64,000 nucleotides of DNA, taken from Desulfurivibrionaceae bacterium (GTDB taxonomy: Bacteria; Desulfobacterota; Desulfobulbia; Desulfobulbales; UBA5123). The translations under genes were made by a program, and so were the position numbers. Below the pieces are notes generated by a model that made no database searches, was not told where the DNA came from, and saw nothing but the letters and a program-made list of their open reading frames with translations. The stretch is taken from positions 160 to 64,159 of the forward strand of contig JAQYVW010000008.1 of assembly GCA_030145325.1 (NCBI GenBank), written 5' to 3'. Positions 40,579-52,200 of the stretch are shown here, piece after piece; the stretch's first letter is position 1; each line of letters begins with the position of its first letter.

Positions 40579-41742
40579 TTAGCCCTCCCAGTAACGCAGC
40601 ATAACCACCAACAACGAGTCACTGAGAATAATCAAAAAGATGCTACTCACCACAGCCGAGGTGGTGGCGCGACCAACCCCGGCCGCCCCTCCTTCCACCT
40701 GAAAACCACGTAAACAGCCGGTCCAAGAGATTAGCAGAGCAAAAATAACAGCCTTGCCGAAGCCCCAGAAAACATCAAAGAGGTCAAGGGTGCTAATGGT
40801 CTGAGCGATGTAACCGTTAAAGGTCAGATCCAACATGGATACACCCACCAACAGACCACCAAGAATCGCGAAGAGATCGGAGAAAAGGGTCAAGAGCGGC
40901 ATCACCAAAACGGTGGCGATTAAACGCGGCATGACCAGAAAAACATGGGGATCAATGCCCATGGTAAAGAGAGCGTCAACCTCCTCGGAGATCTTCATGG
41001 TGCCGATCTCAGCGGCAAAAGCCGAGCCGGAACGGCCAGCAACAAGGATCGCGGTCATGATTGGCCCCAGTTCCCTGGTCATGGACAAGCTAACCAGGGA
41101 AGCCACGTAGATATTGGCCCCGAACTGGGCCAACTGTACCGAGGACATAAAAGCCATGATCAGACCAAGCAGAAAACTGATCAAAGCGACAATGGGCAGG
41201 GCGTCAACCCCTACTTTCTTCATAAAAAGAAGGGTATCGTTCCCCCGGAGCAGACGGGGATGGGAACAAACCCGCAACAAGGAAAGACAAGTGTCACCTA
41301 GAAAGATCAAGCTGTGGCGCAGAGACGAAAATGCCCCCAGAGTAAAGATGCCCAGATTAGTGATTGAGTCAGTCCGTTTGCGTTTTGTTGTCGTGATCTC
41401 GGGTTGGCAGAGGTCATTAAAACGATGCCTATCCAGCATCTCGGCCACCCCCTCCGGGATATTTTCCATCCGCAAACGACCATTACGAGCAGAGACGCTG
41501 GTGACAAAACCCACCAAAACCGCCACCCCAAAATCATCGATATATTCAACCCCGGCCAAGTCAAGAAACAGCTGTGGCACTTTCTCTTTGTTGAGTAAGG
41601 CAACAAAATCGTTGATCACTTGGGGCGCGGAAAGCTCATCCAAATGCCCGGCAAGGGCAACAAACAGACTGCCGGGTTGGTCACGATTTACCTGGATACG
41701 GCAACGGGCTGGAGGGGTAACGCTGCTTAGCGACGATGGCAT
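40579..41742 (-). CDS. mlaE: STAS-MlaE fusion permease
   Basis: N-terminal STAS (LDLAGVEYIDDFG); RELGPIMTAILVAGRSGSAFAAEIGTM and GVGRATT. Confidence 0.92.
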   Translation of the reverse strand: MPSSLSSVTPPARCRIQVNRDQPGSLFVALAGHLDELSAPQVINDFVALLNKEKVPQLFLDLAGVEYIDDFGVAVLVGFVTSVSARNGRLRMENIPEGVAEMLDRHRFNDLCQPEITTTKRKRTDSITNLGIFTLGAFSSLRHSLIFLGDTCLSLLRVCSHPRLLRGNDTLLFMKKVGVDALPIVALISFLLGLIMAFMSSVQLAQFGANIYVASLVSLSMTRELGPIMTAILVAGRSGSAFAAEIGTMKISEEVDALFTMGIDPHVFLVMPRLIATVLVMPLLTLFSDLFAILGGLLVGVSMLDLTFNGYIAQTISTLDLFDVFWGFGKAVIFALLISWTGCLRGFQVEGGAAGVGRATTSAVVSSIFLIILSDSLLVVMLRYWEG

Positions 41743-41877
41743 TAATGGTTCACACAGTGAATGGGAAATTACACCCCGACACAACCTGGGCAGTTAATTT
41801 TTTTGATCTCTGTTGGCGAGATTAGATATTTTTACCTTGTTGACGTTGGTTTCGCAAGGCGCTGGACAGCCCCCAAC

Positions 41878-42684
41878 TCAGACGAAGAGAACCTGATAGA
41901 TAGCGAACAGGGCACAGGTGGCGAAAATACCGCCAAAGGCCGCATATAAAGCAATGGTGGCAAGAATCATCTTGTAGAGCTTGGCCCCGTAGACCCGCTT
42001 CATGGCAAGAAACAGGTAGATCACCGTGCTGACCAAGGCCAAGATGAAACCAATGGGCTTCTGAACCATATATAAGGGCAGGAAAAACATGTCCCGGAGG
42101 AAAGAAAACGACATCAAATGCAGGCAGAAGATCAAGTGCTCGACGTAATATCGTTTCTTGGCAAGAAATATAAGCTTAAAAACCACAGCGTAGATAAAAA
42201 TGGCCAAAAACAGAAGCAACGAGATCTTGTTGTTCAACTGCTGATTGATGGTGCGATAAAATAGCTCATCGCTTAAAGAGCCAAGAAGTTGCTGCTTGGC
42301 TTGGATGGCTGGCAGCAAACGGTTGGTTAAGTCAAATTTAACCAAGTGGCGAATATCAAGCAGGGCCGCCTTAGCGAAGAAGGAAAAACTGAAAAAGTAC
42401 AGCATGCTCAAGACAAGATAGAGCCTGATCGGGCGGATATATTTCTTCTTCCGCCCCAACAGATATTCATCGGTGAGCTGCCCTGGCTTTGTCACCAATA
42501 AGAGGATGGTTTTAAAGATCTTGGCATCTATATGAATGAGTTGGTAGATGATCTCGTGGAAATAATGCCGCAAAGCAAATTCATGGCGAAGGTGGATTTT
42601 CTCTCCACATTTAGAGCAGTATTTTCCGGCCAGAGGCTCGCCACAGGTGGCGCAAGGGGGGGTATTGATGGAGTCTACGGTCAA
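41878..42684 (-). CDS. DUF3667-like zinc-ribbon membrane protein
   Basis: CATC...YCSKCGE, KPGQLT.EY..GR..KY..P.RLYL and YVEHLIF. Confidence 0.8.
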   Translation of the reverse strand: MTVDSINTPPCATCGEPLAGKYCSKCGEKIHLRHEFALRHYFHEIIYQLIHIDAKIFKTILLLVTKPGQLTDEYLLGRKKKYIRPIRLYLVLSMLYFFSFSFFAKAALLDIRHLVKFDLTNRLLPAIQAKQQLLGSLSDELFYRTINQQLNNKISLLLFLAIFIYAVVFKLIFLAKKRYYVEHLIFCLHLMSFSFLRDMFFLPLYMVQKPIGFILALVSTVIYLFLAMKRVYGAKLYKMILATIALYAAFGGIFATCALFAIYQVLFV

Positions 42685-42750
42685 TTAACTTAAAAGGAAA
42701 AAGTCTCCGCGACCAACCGCAGGATTACCCACAAGGATTTCCCCACTTGC

Positions 42751-43287
42751 TCATCCCACCTGCAATGGTCGCCAAGCCACTGCACATTCCCCCTTGGCGG
42801 CGGCAAAATAGGCGGTATCACCGCTAATGGTGACGGAAAGATTCATCGTTCGTTTCACCAGCGTTGCCAGCGCCTGGATACCTTCCCACGGAAACTGAAA
42901 AACAGAAACCGGCAGCTCATTGAACTTTTCTTGCCCCTGAGCCCACCAAGTATCTGATTTTGAATTGAAACTATAAACCCTCACCGCAGCCGAAAGCCGG
43001 GTGGCTTTTCTTATTCTTTCCACCGCCGGTTCCCCCACATCAATCCATAGTGATATTCGATCATCCAAGGTACAAGCCCAGATATCCGGTTCTTCCACCG
43101 CACAAAGACCTTTTGTGAAGACTAAATACTCCTCAGCATTAATACAAAAGGCAAGAACTCGAGCCATCATCCGCTCAAGTGTCTCCGAAGGGTGTTGCGC
43201 AACGGTCAAGTTGAGGGTGTCGTAAAAATCGCGGTCGGTATCAACTAGATCAATTTTCAATTTATAGATGGTCGGCTTCAAGGCCAT
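42751..43287 (-). CDS. yaeQ: YaeQ family protein
   Basis: Motifs MALKPTIYK, AQHPSET.ERMM, FTKGL, EPDIW and WIDVGEP. Confidence 0.93.
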   Translation of the reverse strand: MALKPTIYKLKIDLVDTDRDFYDTLNLTVAQHPSETLERMMARVLAFCINAEEYLVFTKGLCAVEEPDIWACTLDDRISLWIDVGEPAVERIRKATRLSAAVRVYSFNSKSDTWWAQGQEKFNELPVSVFQFPWEGIQALATLVKRTMNLSVTISGDTAYFAAAKGECAVAWRPLQVG

Positions 43288-43597
43288 GGGTAATTAGTCT
43301 CCATAAGCAAGCGCCCACGCCTTACAGCTATGGACTCTTAATATTATTTCATATTGATTAAGAGGATGATTCCGAAGTCATATGGTAAAAGCAAGGGCAG
43401 GATATGCAATTGTTAACAGTGGCGAGATGATTTAGCCATCACAATTCGACAACAAAGACAAGGATCGCCTCACCTTGTACCCTGTAAGGAAAACTTAAAA
43501 AAAAACGTCTAAAACCCTCAGTCGTTGCCAGCCTGGTTTTTTGTGAGTAGCATCGGCCACAGCCGATCAGAAATAATCCTGCGAGCAAACACATCCC

Positions 43598-44374
43598 ATG
43601 ACCATGGCACCCTCTATTTCTATCCCCCCAAACTCTCCAACCCACTGTTCTGGATATTGTCGCCGTTGCGGCAGAGATCATCTCCTCGAACAAGGCGGAA
43701 GCAGAAAAGAGGCCCTGACCCTGATGGCTGAACTTGAAAAAATGGGCCGGATAGACCTCTTGGCCAGCGACCAAGAAGCCGACCCTCATCTTAGCCTAAA
43801 CTATCTGGATGGCCCGGCCCTCGGGCAGATGTTCGGGGTTCTGGAATACCAAGCCCCAGATGGTAAGCGGGGCGTATTGCGTGCCTTTTCAGGTCAATAC
43901 AACGGCAGGTGGCAGGTGGCAGGATGGGCCCCCCCTCTCTTTGCGGAAGAGATCTGGCAGGAGACAAATTACCCCATGGAGCGACAGATTAAAGCTCTTA
44001 GCCAAATCATCCAACAGCTACCCACCGACGATCTCCACCGTTTGCAACTGATTCAAAAACGCCGAGCCCTTTCACAACAACTAATGAAGGATCTCCACGC
44101 CGTCTACTGCCTCAATAATTTCCGCGGTGAAAGCAAATCCCTTGCCGATGTCTTTCTGGACAAGAAGGGCATTCCCACCGGCACCGGCGACTGTTGCGCC
44201 CCCAAACTGCTTAACTACGCCGCCCGCCATCGGCTAACTCCCCTTGGCATCAGCGAGTTTTACATGGGTCGGCAAAATCGTTCCCAGACCAAACAACATG
44301 GAGCTTTCTACCCATCTTGTTCAGGAAAGTGCCAACCCATTCTCGGTTTTCTACTCTGCGGCCTGGATGATTAA
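43598..44374 (+). CDS. Stand-alone homolog of the N-terminal region of long RluA-family proteins (no pseudouridine synthase domain)
   Basis: GQMFGVL, LRAFSGQ, PTGTGDCCAPKLL and FYPSCSGKCQPIL; the HRLD catalytic motif is absent. Confidence 0.75.
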   Translation: MTMAPSISIPPNSPTHCSGYCRRCGRDHLLEQGGSRKEALTLMAELEKMGRIDLLASDQEADPHLSLNYLDGPALGQMFGVLEYQAPDGKRGVLRAFSGQYNGRWQVAGWAPPLFAEEIWQETNYPMERQIKALSQIIQQLPTDDLHRLQLIQKRRALSQQLMKDLHAVYCLNNFRGESKSLADVFLDKKGIPTGTGDCCAPKLLNYAARHRLTPLGISEFYMGRQNRSQTKQHGAFYPSCSGKCQPILGFLLCGLDD

Positions 44375-44863
44375 AACACCCTCTCTTTTCGACAATTCAG
44401 CCGCCACCTTCTTTTATCCAGCCCCAAAGTACCATCTGGACTATTATGGGCAGAACCAACTACTGTTACCAATACTACGGCAAAAACTCGCTCTATGACT
44501 TGTCCAAGACAAGATCTTGGACAAGAAACGAGACTCATTAATGAACTCAGCACTGGTTAAAAGGGCATCAATGATGTCATCGCAGCGAACAAACCCTGCG
44601 ACAGGTTGGACCTATTGGGAGGTGGCGGGTTCCCTAAATGCTCGCCACGCGGAGGTTTGTTGAGCATTCATGATGCCATCATTCATTATCTGCTGATTTT
44701 TTTTACTTTGACGTTATCGTCTCTTGCAATCAGGCCGAGGTAGCGTCTAAATTATAAAAGAAATTGACAATTACTTATCACCTTACTAAAAATATTTTCT
44801 AAGAGATCAACAATATATTTGATATAAATAAAACTAAACCGACAGGAACAATTAGGCAAAATT

Positions 44864-46183
44864 ATGAATCGATTAATTTCGCTAACGCTTCTTTCTTTCT
44901 TATTTGTTTTCCAGGCCCATGCTGCTGATCTTGTAAGCATAGATCAATTTGGCAAAGGCAAGCAAGCTTTTGCCGTGAGCAATTATTCTGAAGCCTACGA
45001 CCATTTTTACCAAGCATTCCTCCATGATCCAACCAACAAAAACATCAATTTCTACCTGGCACGGTCTGCCTTTGAAAAGGGCGACTATGAGACTGCGGTC
45101 ATGGCCTATGAACGAATTCTCCTGCAAGATCCAGAAGCATCACGAGTAAAGCTGGAGTTAGCACGCACATACTACAAGCTCAAGTCCTACGAGATGGCCA
45201 AACAGTATTTCAAGGAGGTTCTGGCGACAAATCCACCAGAAGCCGTGTGGAGTAATATCAAAAGATTTATAACCTCCATCGACGAGGCAGACAAACGCCA
45301 TTTCTTCAACGGAATGGTTACGGTGGGACTCAGTTACGATGACAACATTCGCACGGCTCCAACCGGAGAGACAGTAAACACCATCATCGGAGATATAACT
45401 CTTACCGGCAACACCGCCACGCCAATCAAAAATTATTTATTGAATACCACCGCCGTCCTTAATCATATCTATCGTTTCGACAACAAAAAATACACCTGGA
45501 AAACCAACATTACAAATTATAATGCATTCAATGAAACCGCCAAGGATCTGGATATTAATTTCCTCGGACTCAGCACTGGGCTTGTCTACCAGAAAGAAAA
45601 ATTTTTATTGCAAGGAAATGCCATCGGCAACCAAGTCGACCTTGGCTATGATCACTACCTTGGCACCTTCGGCGTGGGTGGATCTGCAACCTATGTAAAT
45701 TCCCAGAAGATGCTCCTGACCCTCAACGCCACCCTACAAGAGAAAAATTTCTACCTGGACGAAGACAAAGATTCGACCAATTTTAATATTAACGGTGGGC
45801 CAATCTTTAATTTGGGCAAAACCAGGATCAGTTTCACCCTTGGGCGCGAGATAGAGAGTGCCGAAACTGAACAGAATAGCTATCAGCGCACTTCAGCCAG
45901 CCTCCGTTGCGACCAGATCCTGCCCCATGATTTTAATTTATATGCCAGCGTCCGCATACAGGATACTGGCTATCAGGGCATCGAAGCCCTTTTTGGCAAA
46001 ACCCGCTCCGACAAAAGTAAGGATCTCTCATGCGGACTTTCCAAAACTTTATGGAATTCTAAAGACAAGAGCAACAGCATAATAGGACAAATCAGCAACA
46101 CTTACACCGACATAAAATCCAATTGTGATATCTACACCTATAGAAAAAACGTCACCGCAACTTCATTGACTTATACATTTTAA
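44864..46183 (+). CDS. TPR plus outer-membrane beta-barrel protein, Slam/DUF560-like (type XI secretion translocon)
   Basis: Signal peptide (QAHA/A); TPR region with RVKLELARTY; barrel starting GLSYDDNI; C-terminal SNCDIYTYRKN...LTYTF with terminal Phe. Confidence 0.8.
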   Translation: MNRLISLTLLSFLFVFQAHAADLVSIDQFGKGKQAFAVSNYSEAYDHFYQAFLHDPTNKNINFYLARSAFEKGDYETAVMAYERILLQDPEASRVKLELARTYYKLKSYEMAKQYFKEVLATNPPEAVWSNIKRFITSIDEADKRHFFNGMVTVGLSYDDNIRTAPTGETVNTIIGDITLTGNTATPIKNYLLNTTAVLNHIYRFDNKKYTWKTNITNYNAFNETAKDLDINFLGLSTGLVYQKEKFLLQGNAIGNQVDLGYDHYLGTFGVGGSATYVNSQKMLLTLNATLQEKNFYLDEDKDSTNFNINGGPIFNLGKTRISFTLGREIESAETEQNSYQRTSASLRCDQILPHDFNLYASVRIQDTGYQGIEALFGKTRSDKSKDLSCGLSKTLWNSKDKSNSIIGQISNTYTDIKSNCDIYTYRKNVTATSLTYTF

Positions 46184-46234
46184 TTTTCAGCTTAATAGCC
46201 CAATGAGGAGATCCACTCCCCATTTTTTGAAACA

Positions 46235-49200
46235 ATGAGGCATCTCATGCATCAGAAAAAATCGACCACTGGTTCAATCCTTCTTTTGGTGGCGCTCCTG
46301 CTCTCCTGCGCCATCCCCGTTTTCGCAGCCAACTCTTCACCAGGCAAGGCTGTAGCAACAGTCGTCGCGCTGCGAGGCAAGGTTGTGGCCTTAAACACGG
46401 GCGGAGAACAGCGCCAATTGGCCATCAAGGGAAAGATATTTCAGTCAGATACAATTAAAACTGACGCCCGCGGCCGGATTCAATTCCTTTTCACCGATAA
46501 CACCATCATCAGTCTCGGCCAGCGAGCGGAAATGAAAATTGACAAGTATCAGTGGCAAAACACCTCTACTGACACCCTCAAGACCACCGTCAAGGAGGGT
46601 GCCTTCCGGGTCATGGGCGGAACTCTTGCCAAATCTACTCCGCAAAATTTCACCACCGAAACACCCAGCGCCACCATCGGCATTCGTGGCTCCATGTATG
46701 CTGGACGGGTCAAAGGGCAGATGCTTTCAGTTGTCTTTCAGGGCGGTAAGGGCATCTTTGTCCGCAACCCCGCTGGTGTAGTGGAAATCAGTAAACCCGG
46801 CTTCGGTACCCGGGTGCTCTCCCCTACCGCTGCTCCTGCCCCCCCGACAAAATTCAGCAGCGCCGAAATCAGCAAAATCAGCAATGGTGTTGATCAAGAT
46901 GAACCGAAAGATGTGCCACCCGCTGAGGAAAAACCGGCGGATCAGAAAAAAGATGATTCCCCCAGCGATAATCCACCCAGCGACAATCCCCCCAGCGATA
47001 ATCCACCCAACGACAATCCACCCAGCGATAATCCACCCAGCGATAATCCACCCAGCGATCCTACGGACTGGACCGAATACCCCGACACCGGCCCTGACAC
47101 CGGCCCCGACTTAGCCCCTCCTAGCTTCCCCGAGCCGCCACCGGTTATCCCTATTCCTGATCCGCCCGAGGTGTTTGTGCCGCCTATTATTGTCACCCCC
47201 GCTTACACCGGCGCTACTCTTACGGCCACCGAGAACTATGCAACCACTCCCCCGCTGTTCACTTGGGGGCAAGACAGCCTCTCCCTGGCAGATGACCTTA
47301 CCGCCATCAGCGGTAACATCACCGCCCCGGATGGCACCTTAGTGCCATTCTCCCTCCCAAGTTTCACCCCCACCGATACAACCTATAATTTTGCCAGCAT
47401 TTATTCTGGATCAGATTATAGCCAAACCCAGGAAATAACCATTCAAGGAAACAGCTTATCCTTGGATGGAATCAATTACACCGCCGACAACCTCGGGGAA
47501 TTTTTCACCTATAACCGCTATTTTTACAGCGCCGATCTAATTTTGCAGGAATTTGGCTTTGCCGGTACCCCCTCTCCCTCTGCACCCTCCACCGGCATCA
47601 ACGTTTATTCCGGTACCATGACCGGTTCCTTGCAAGGCGCAGACTTTGACGACACCATCCCTGCCCTGCCAAATATCGGCGGCCTAGCCACTATCAAAAC
47701 CAACTTCACCAACCACACCGTCTTCGGCTATTATCAAGATGATCAGGATCAAGCCTCCTTCTCCACGCCCATGGAGGATGGTTTTTTCTTCGCCACCACT
47801 TCAGGCCATGATTTGACCGATATCACTTTCTTCGGTTCTGGTGAAGATTTAAACGATGACTTTGTCCTCAACATGGCCACGGCAAAATCTGCGGATTTCT
47901 ACGGCAGCGCCAATCAGGGTTTCGGCTGGAGCGCAACAGGTGATGCCATTGCAACTGTCAACAACACCGACGTTGGTGATTTCAAGGTAATCGGCGCCGC
48001 GTTCCTTGAGCAAACCCTCACTGCTCCCACCACCGACAAGACATGGAATGGTTTTGCCACTGGCTTAAGTGAATTTACCAATCTTTCGACATCCACCACC
48101 AGCTACACCATTAACAAGAACTCCAGTGATTCGGCAACCGATCTCGTCGTCTCTTTGGGCGCAACCACCGGTTTGGTGGGCGGCTCAATCAACATGGCTG
48201 ACAACGACAGCGCCAATCCATTCTCCATCAACCTTGGCACCGATGCCAGCGCCTACATCGATGACTCATGGTTTGCGGCCATGACCACCTCATCTATTTC
48301 TGCTGCCACCAAAGGCCTCTTCATCCCCGAGCTGACCGACCCTCAATGGTCACAGTATTTCACCTGGGGATGGTGGGGGTTAACCCCCTATGCAAACGGA
48401 ACATCTAAAGTCGAGATGGATGGATTATGGGTTGCCGGCGAACGATCCGCCAATCTCCCGGCAACAACCGGTTTAGCCCTCTCCGACCTGCTGGGCCAGG
48501 GAAGCGGCATCACCGGCCATTATGCAGGACAAGCCGAAGTAAATATCGGCAATGCAACGACCGGTGGATACAATGAGTATACCGGCAGCTCTGTTTTCGA
48601 TATTGATTTCAGCACAAGTACATTTAATAACGGTAGCATTGATTTCAATACCGCCAGCGGCCCTACGTTCTCCAACATCACCGGCAATGTGGACGCCAAC
48701 GGCATCCATGCCACCACCCTTGATCTTGACGGCACAAGTATGGGAGCAGCTTTTTTCGGTCTCGATGGAGATTTTTTCGGCAACGATCTTGCCGCTCTGG
48801 CTGGAAATTTCTTCGCCCAGGACTCCACTTACTACTATAGCGGCATCTTCGGTGGCGATCTTGACAGCAACGGGATTGTAATCCCGACCCCACCAAACAC
48901 CTTCGCCCTCAGCGGCAACTTCATCTCAACCCTTAACAATTTCACCGATGTCCAGGAATCATGGTGGTACGGCCCCACAACCCCTCTTACAATTGATGTT
49001 AGCTCCGGTCTCCTCTCGGGGACCCTGGTGGCTCAAGACAGCACGCCCATCCCCATCAATCTATCTCTTCCTTCTTCAGTCGAGCCCACCGCAACCTATG
49101 ATCCCCTGCTGGTTACATACGACGACATTGTTTCTTTCTCAACCGACCTTACCGGTACCACCCAAACCACCGACTACTATCTCTCCTATGATAACCTGGG

Positions 49201-52200
49201 AGAATTCTTCACCTATAAAAGCGATCTTTTTTTTACCGAAACCATAACAGATTACATGTTTACCGATTTCGGCTATGCCGGTATCCCGTCGACAACCCTT
49301 CCCACCGACGGCATTGTCAAATATTCCGGCCAGATGTCCGGAGAGATATCTAACTACACTACTGCTCCGAACATGTTTATCTGGGAAGAAGAAGACATCT
49401 TAGGCGACATGAAAATCATTGCCAATTTCAAAAACAACACCGTACTTGGCTACTTTGAGGATTGGGGAGTCGGCTTTTCGCATTTTCCAATTGAAGACGG
49501 TTTTTTCATCGGCACCATCAGCGGCACCGATGTCACCGCTATCACCTTTGTCGCAGGTGGTAACGATTTTAACGGAACACCGCTTCTCTCCCTATCCACA
49601 ACCGGCACCGCCAACTTTTTCGGCAGCGCCCAGCAGGGATTTGGCCTGTCGCTCACCGGCGACACCTATTTTGAACCGACGGCAACCCAAGTCGGCAATT
49701 TCAATCTGCTGGCCGCAGGGTTCCAGGATTCAGCCCTTGCCGCTCCGTCAGGCAGTAAATCCTGGAACGGTTTTGCCATTGAAACGGCTTATCAGTATAG
49801 CGACCTCACCGACAACACCCTGCTTAACACCTACTGGGTTGCTAATACCGATGACCTGGCAAGCAACTTCACTCTTACCTTGAACGCCGACACCGGCACG
49901 GTGGCAGGCACCATGGCCACCACCGATGCCTATGGCTCTAGCCAAACCTTATCACTTGGCGAGACCGGCTCAGTCCTTAACGCCTATATCGATGACACAC
50001 ATTTCCTGACCGGTATTTATTCCAGCCAAGCTGCCAACAACCTGGGCGGACTTTTAGTAACGCAAAGAGATGAGGTGCAATGGTCCAGCTTTTTCAGCTG
50101 GGGCGAGTGGGGAGAGATTCAAGCCGATGCCACAGCCACCACCAGCACCCAGACGCAAGGACTATGGCTTGCTGGCGAATTAAGCAACACTCTTGTCCCC
50201 ACCTACCTTTCCAGCCTCCTCAGCACTGGCACTAATCTCACCGGTAATTACCAGGGAGGAGCGACTATAATCACAAGTATTTCAGATCCAGACTATAGTA
50301 TCTACTTCAATGAAGAACATATCGGAGTATCTAATTTTGAAATAAACTTTACCAACAATTCATTTACAGGGATGATTGATTTCTCTTCTTCCTACGGTCC
50401 ATACTTTGACAATATATCAGGCACCGTTAATGGAACCGGCATCCATGCCGACAACTTGCGCGCCAACGGTGTTACCCTTGCTTCAACTGACTTTAACCTT
50501 GACGGAGATTTTTTCGGCTCGGGGCTGAATGCCCTGGGTGGCAGTTTTTGGGCCATAATTGATAGCTACGCTGTTGGCACCGGCATCTTTGGTGGCGATC
50601 TTGACAGCAACGGGATTGCCGAAACCAGCACCACCTCATCAGTGCTGGCCATGACCGGCAAGTTGAGTGGAGTTGTCACCGGCTCCGGGACCGGCTCTCC
50701 GTCACCAGCCCCTGGGATTTGGCTGGGTGATGTTACAACCGCCAGTTCCACTGACGGTACGCTGACCGGTTCCGCCGGGGTTACCGAACTTATTACTTCC
50801 GACACCGCCACCTTGGACTTTGGCTTCCTGATGGAACCATACGATCCAACCAACACCTATTTCGAGATATTTCCAGAGGAGCAAGGTGTCACCCTTGACC
50901 GGCACGGGCTAACCATGAGCAACCTGTCGGTGCATACCGAAACATTAGGGGAATTTGCCATCTTCTCCGGCACGGTCACTGACGGCACCGCAACTTGGAA
51001 TGAATTGGGATTCGTTGGCGAAGAAACTTCGTCCACTATCCTTACCTCTCTGCCGGGAACAGACTTGATCGAGTCTTATAACGGTCATGCCCTTTACGCT
51101 ATCCAAGATCAACTGGGGAACATTGGATCCGAAGCAACCGGCTTACATCTGGAATTTAACTGGCACACAGGTAAGGTCGTCGGCCTCATCAAAGAGGCAA
51201 CATTTATCAACCACCCCGTCATTTTCTATGGCGACGTCTCCTCAACCGGATTGACCAATATATCCTTTTTAGGTGGGGGCATTAGCGATCATTGGGATAC
51301 AACCTCAACCCCTTACGTAGTAGCTTCCTATAACGAATTATTCTCTTTTGACGGTACCTTAGATTTCAACAGTTTCTACGGCAGTGAACATCAGGGGATC
51401 GGCGCTACGTTCTCGGGAACTACCCCGTTCATTTACGACCCCGCGGCTTCTGCCGCTGATTGGAACACAACCATTGCCGCGGTCAAGGATCCCTACTCGC
51501 CAAATACCGACTCCCTCTCTTTTACCGGTATCGACTCTTGGGAAGGATTTGCGGTGAGCGGCACAACCCTAATGAGCACCGATCCCAGTCAACTTTCGTT
51601 CACAATCGACAAAGACACCGGCCTTGTCACCTCGGGTGATCTATCTCTGCAATGCGTGCTAGGAGGGGACTTTGCCGTTAATAATGTAGAAATCGGCGGC
51701 ACAAACGGCTCGGCCTATGCAAGCAATAAAGCCTTTGTGGCAGAAATGGGCTGTTCTACCAATGACTGTATTGCTACCCTTGATGACTTAGCCAACCCGA
51801 TCAATGTTGGCTTGGAGGCCCTTGGCAACTACATGTTTAGCTCTCCTGATTCATTTTATGGCAACGATTACACGGCCTGGGGCTACTGGCAGGTTACCTA
51901 TACTGACCCGACCACAAGCAAGGTAACCATTACCCCCGGCCTATGGACAGCAGGTCACGAGAGAACCCCGGCCACCGTGGTGCAAGGATTAATCGCCGAC
52001 ACTGCGCTTATCACCGGCACCTACAACGGCGAAGCACATGCCCTGCGCAACTACAGCACTTTCATTGACCGGGTTAACGGGACCTCCGACCTGACCGTTG
52101 ACTTCAACGCCAGAAACGTAACCGGCACCATGGATTTTGCCGACGACCCCAATATCGGCTTCAGCGGCAGCACTCTGAATATCACCGCCACGGTTGCAGC

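Noticed and set aside
44371-44690. Minus-strand short ORFs, one with an in-frame TAG, and an 11-bp inverted repeat near 44500-44526
   Set aside because: No recognisable homology or RBS, and no basis for pyrrolysine read-through. The hairpin may simply be a terminator.
44764-44793. Fur box or sigma-70 promoter upstream of the Slam-like operon (TTGACAATTACTTATCA)
   Set aside because: The dyad spacing is 7-2-7 rather than 7-1-7 and the -10 match is poor. In AT-rich DNA this is too weak to call.
46235-46330. Lipobox (LLSC) in the giant protein
   Set aside because: The -2 residue is non-canonical and a good SPase I site (VFA/A) follows. Lipidation cannot be decided without SignalP or experiment.
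46961-47059. Repeat array as CRISPR
   Set aside because: Spacer-less, in-frame 15-bp coding repeat, and no cas genes in the window.
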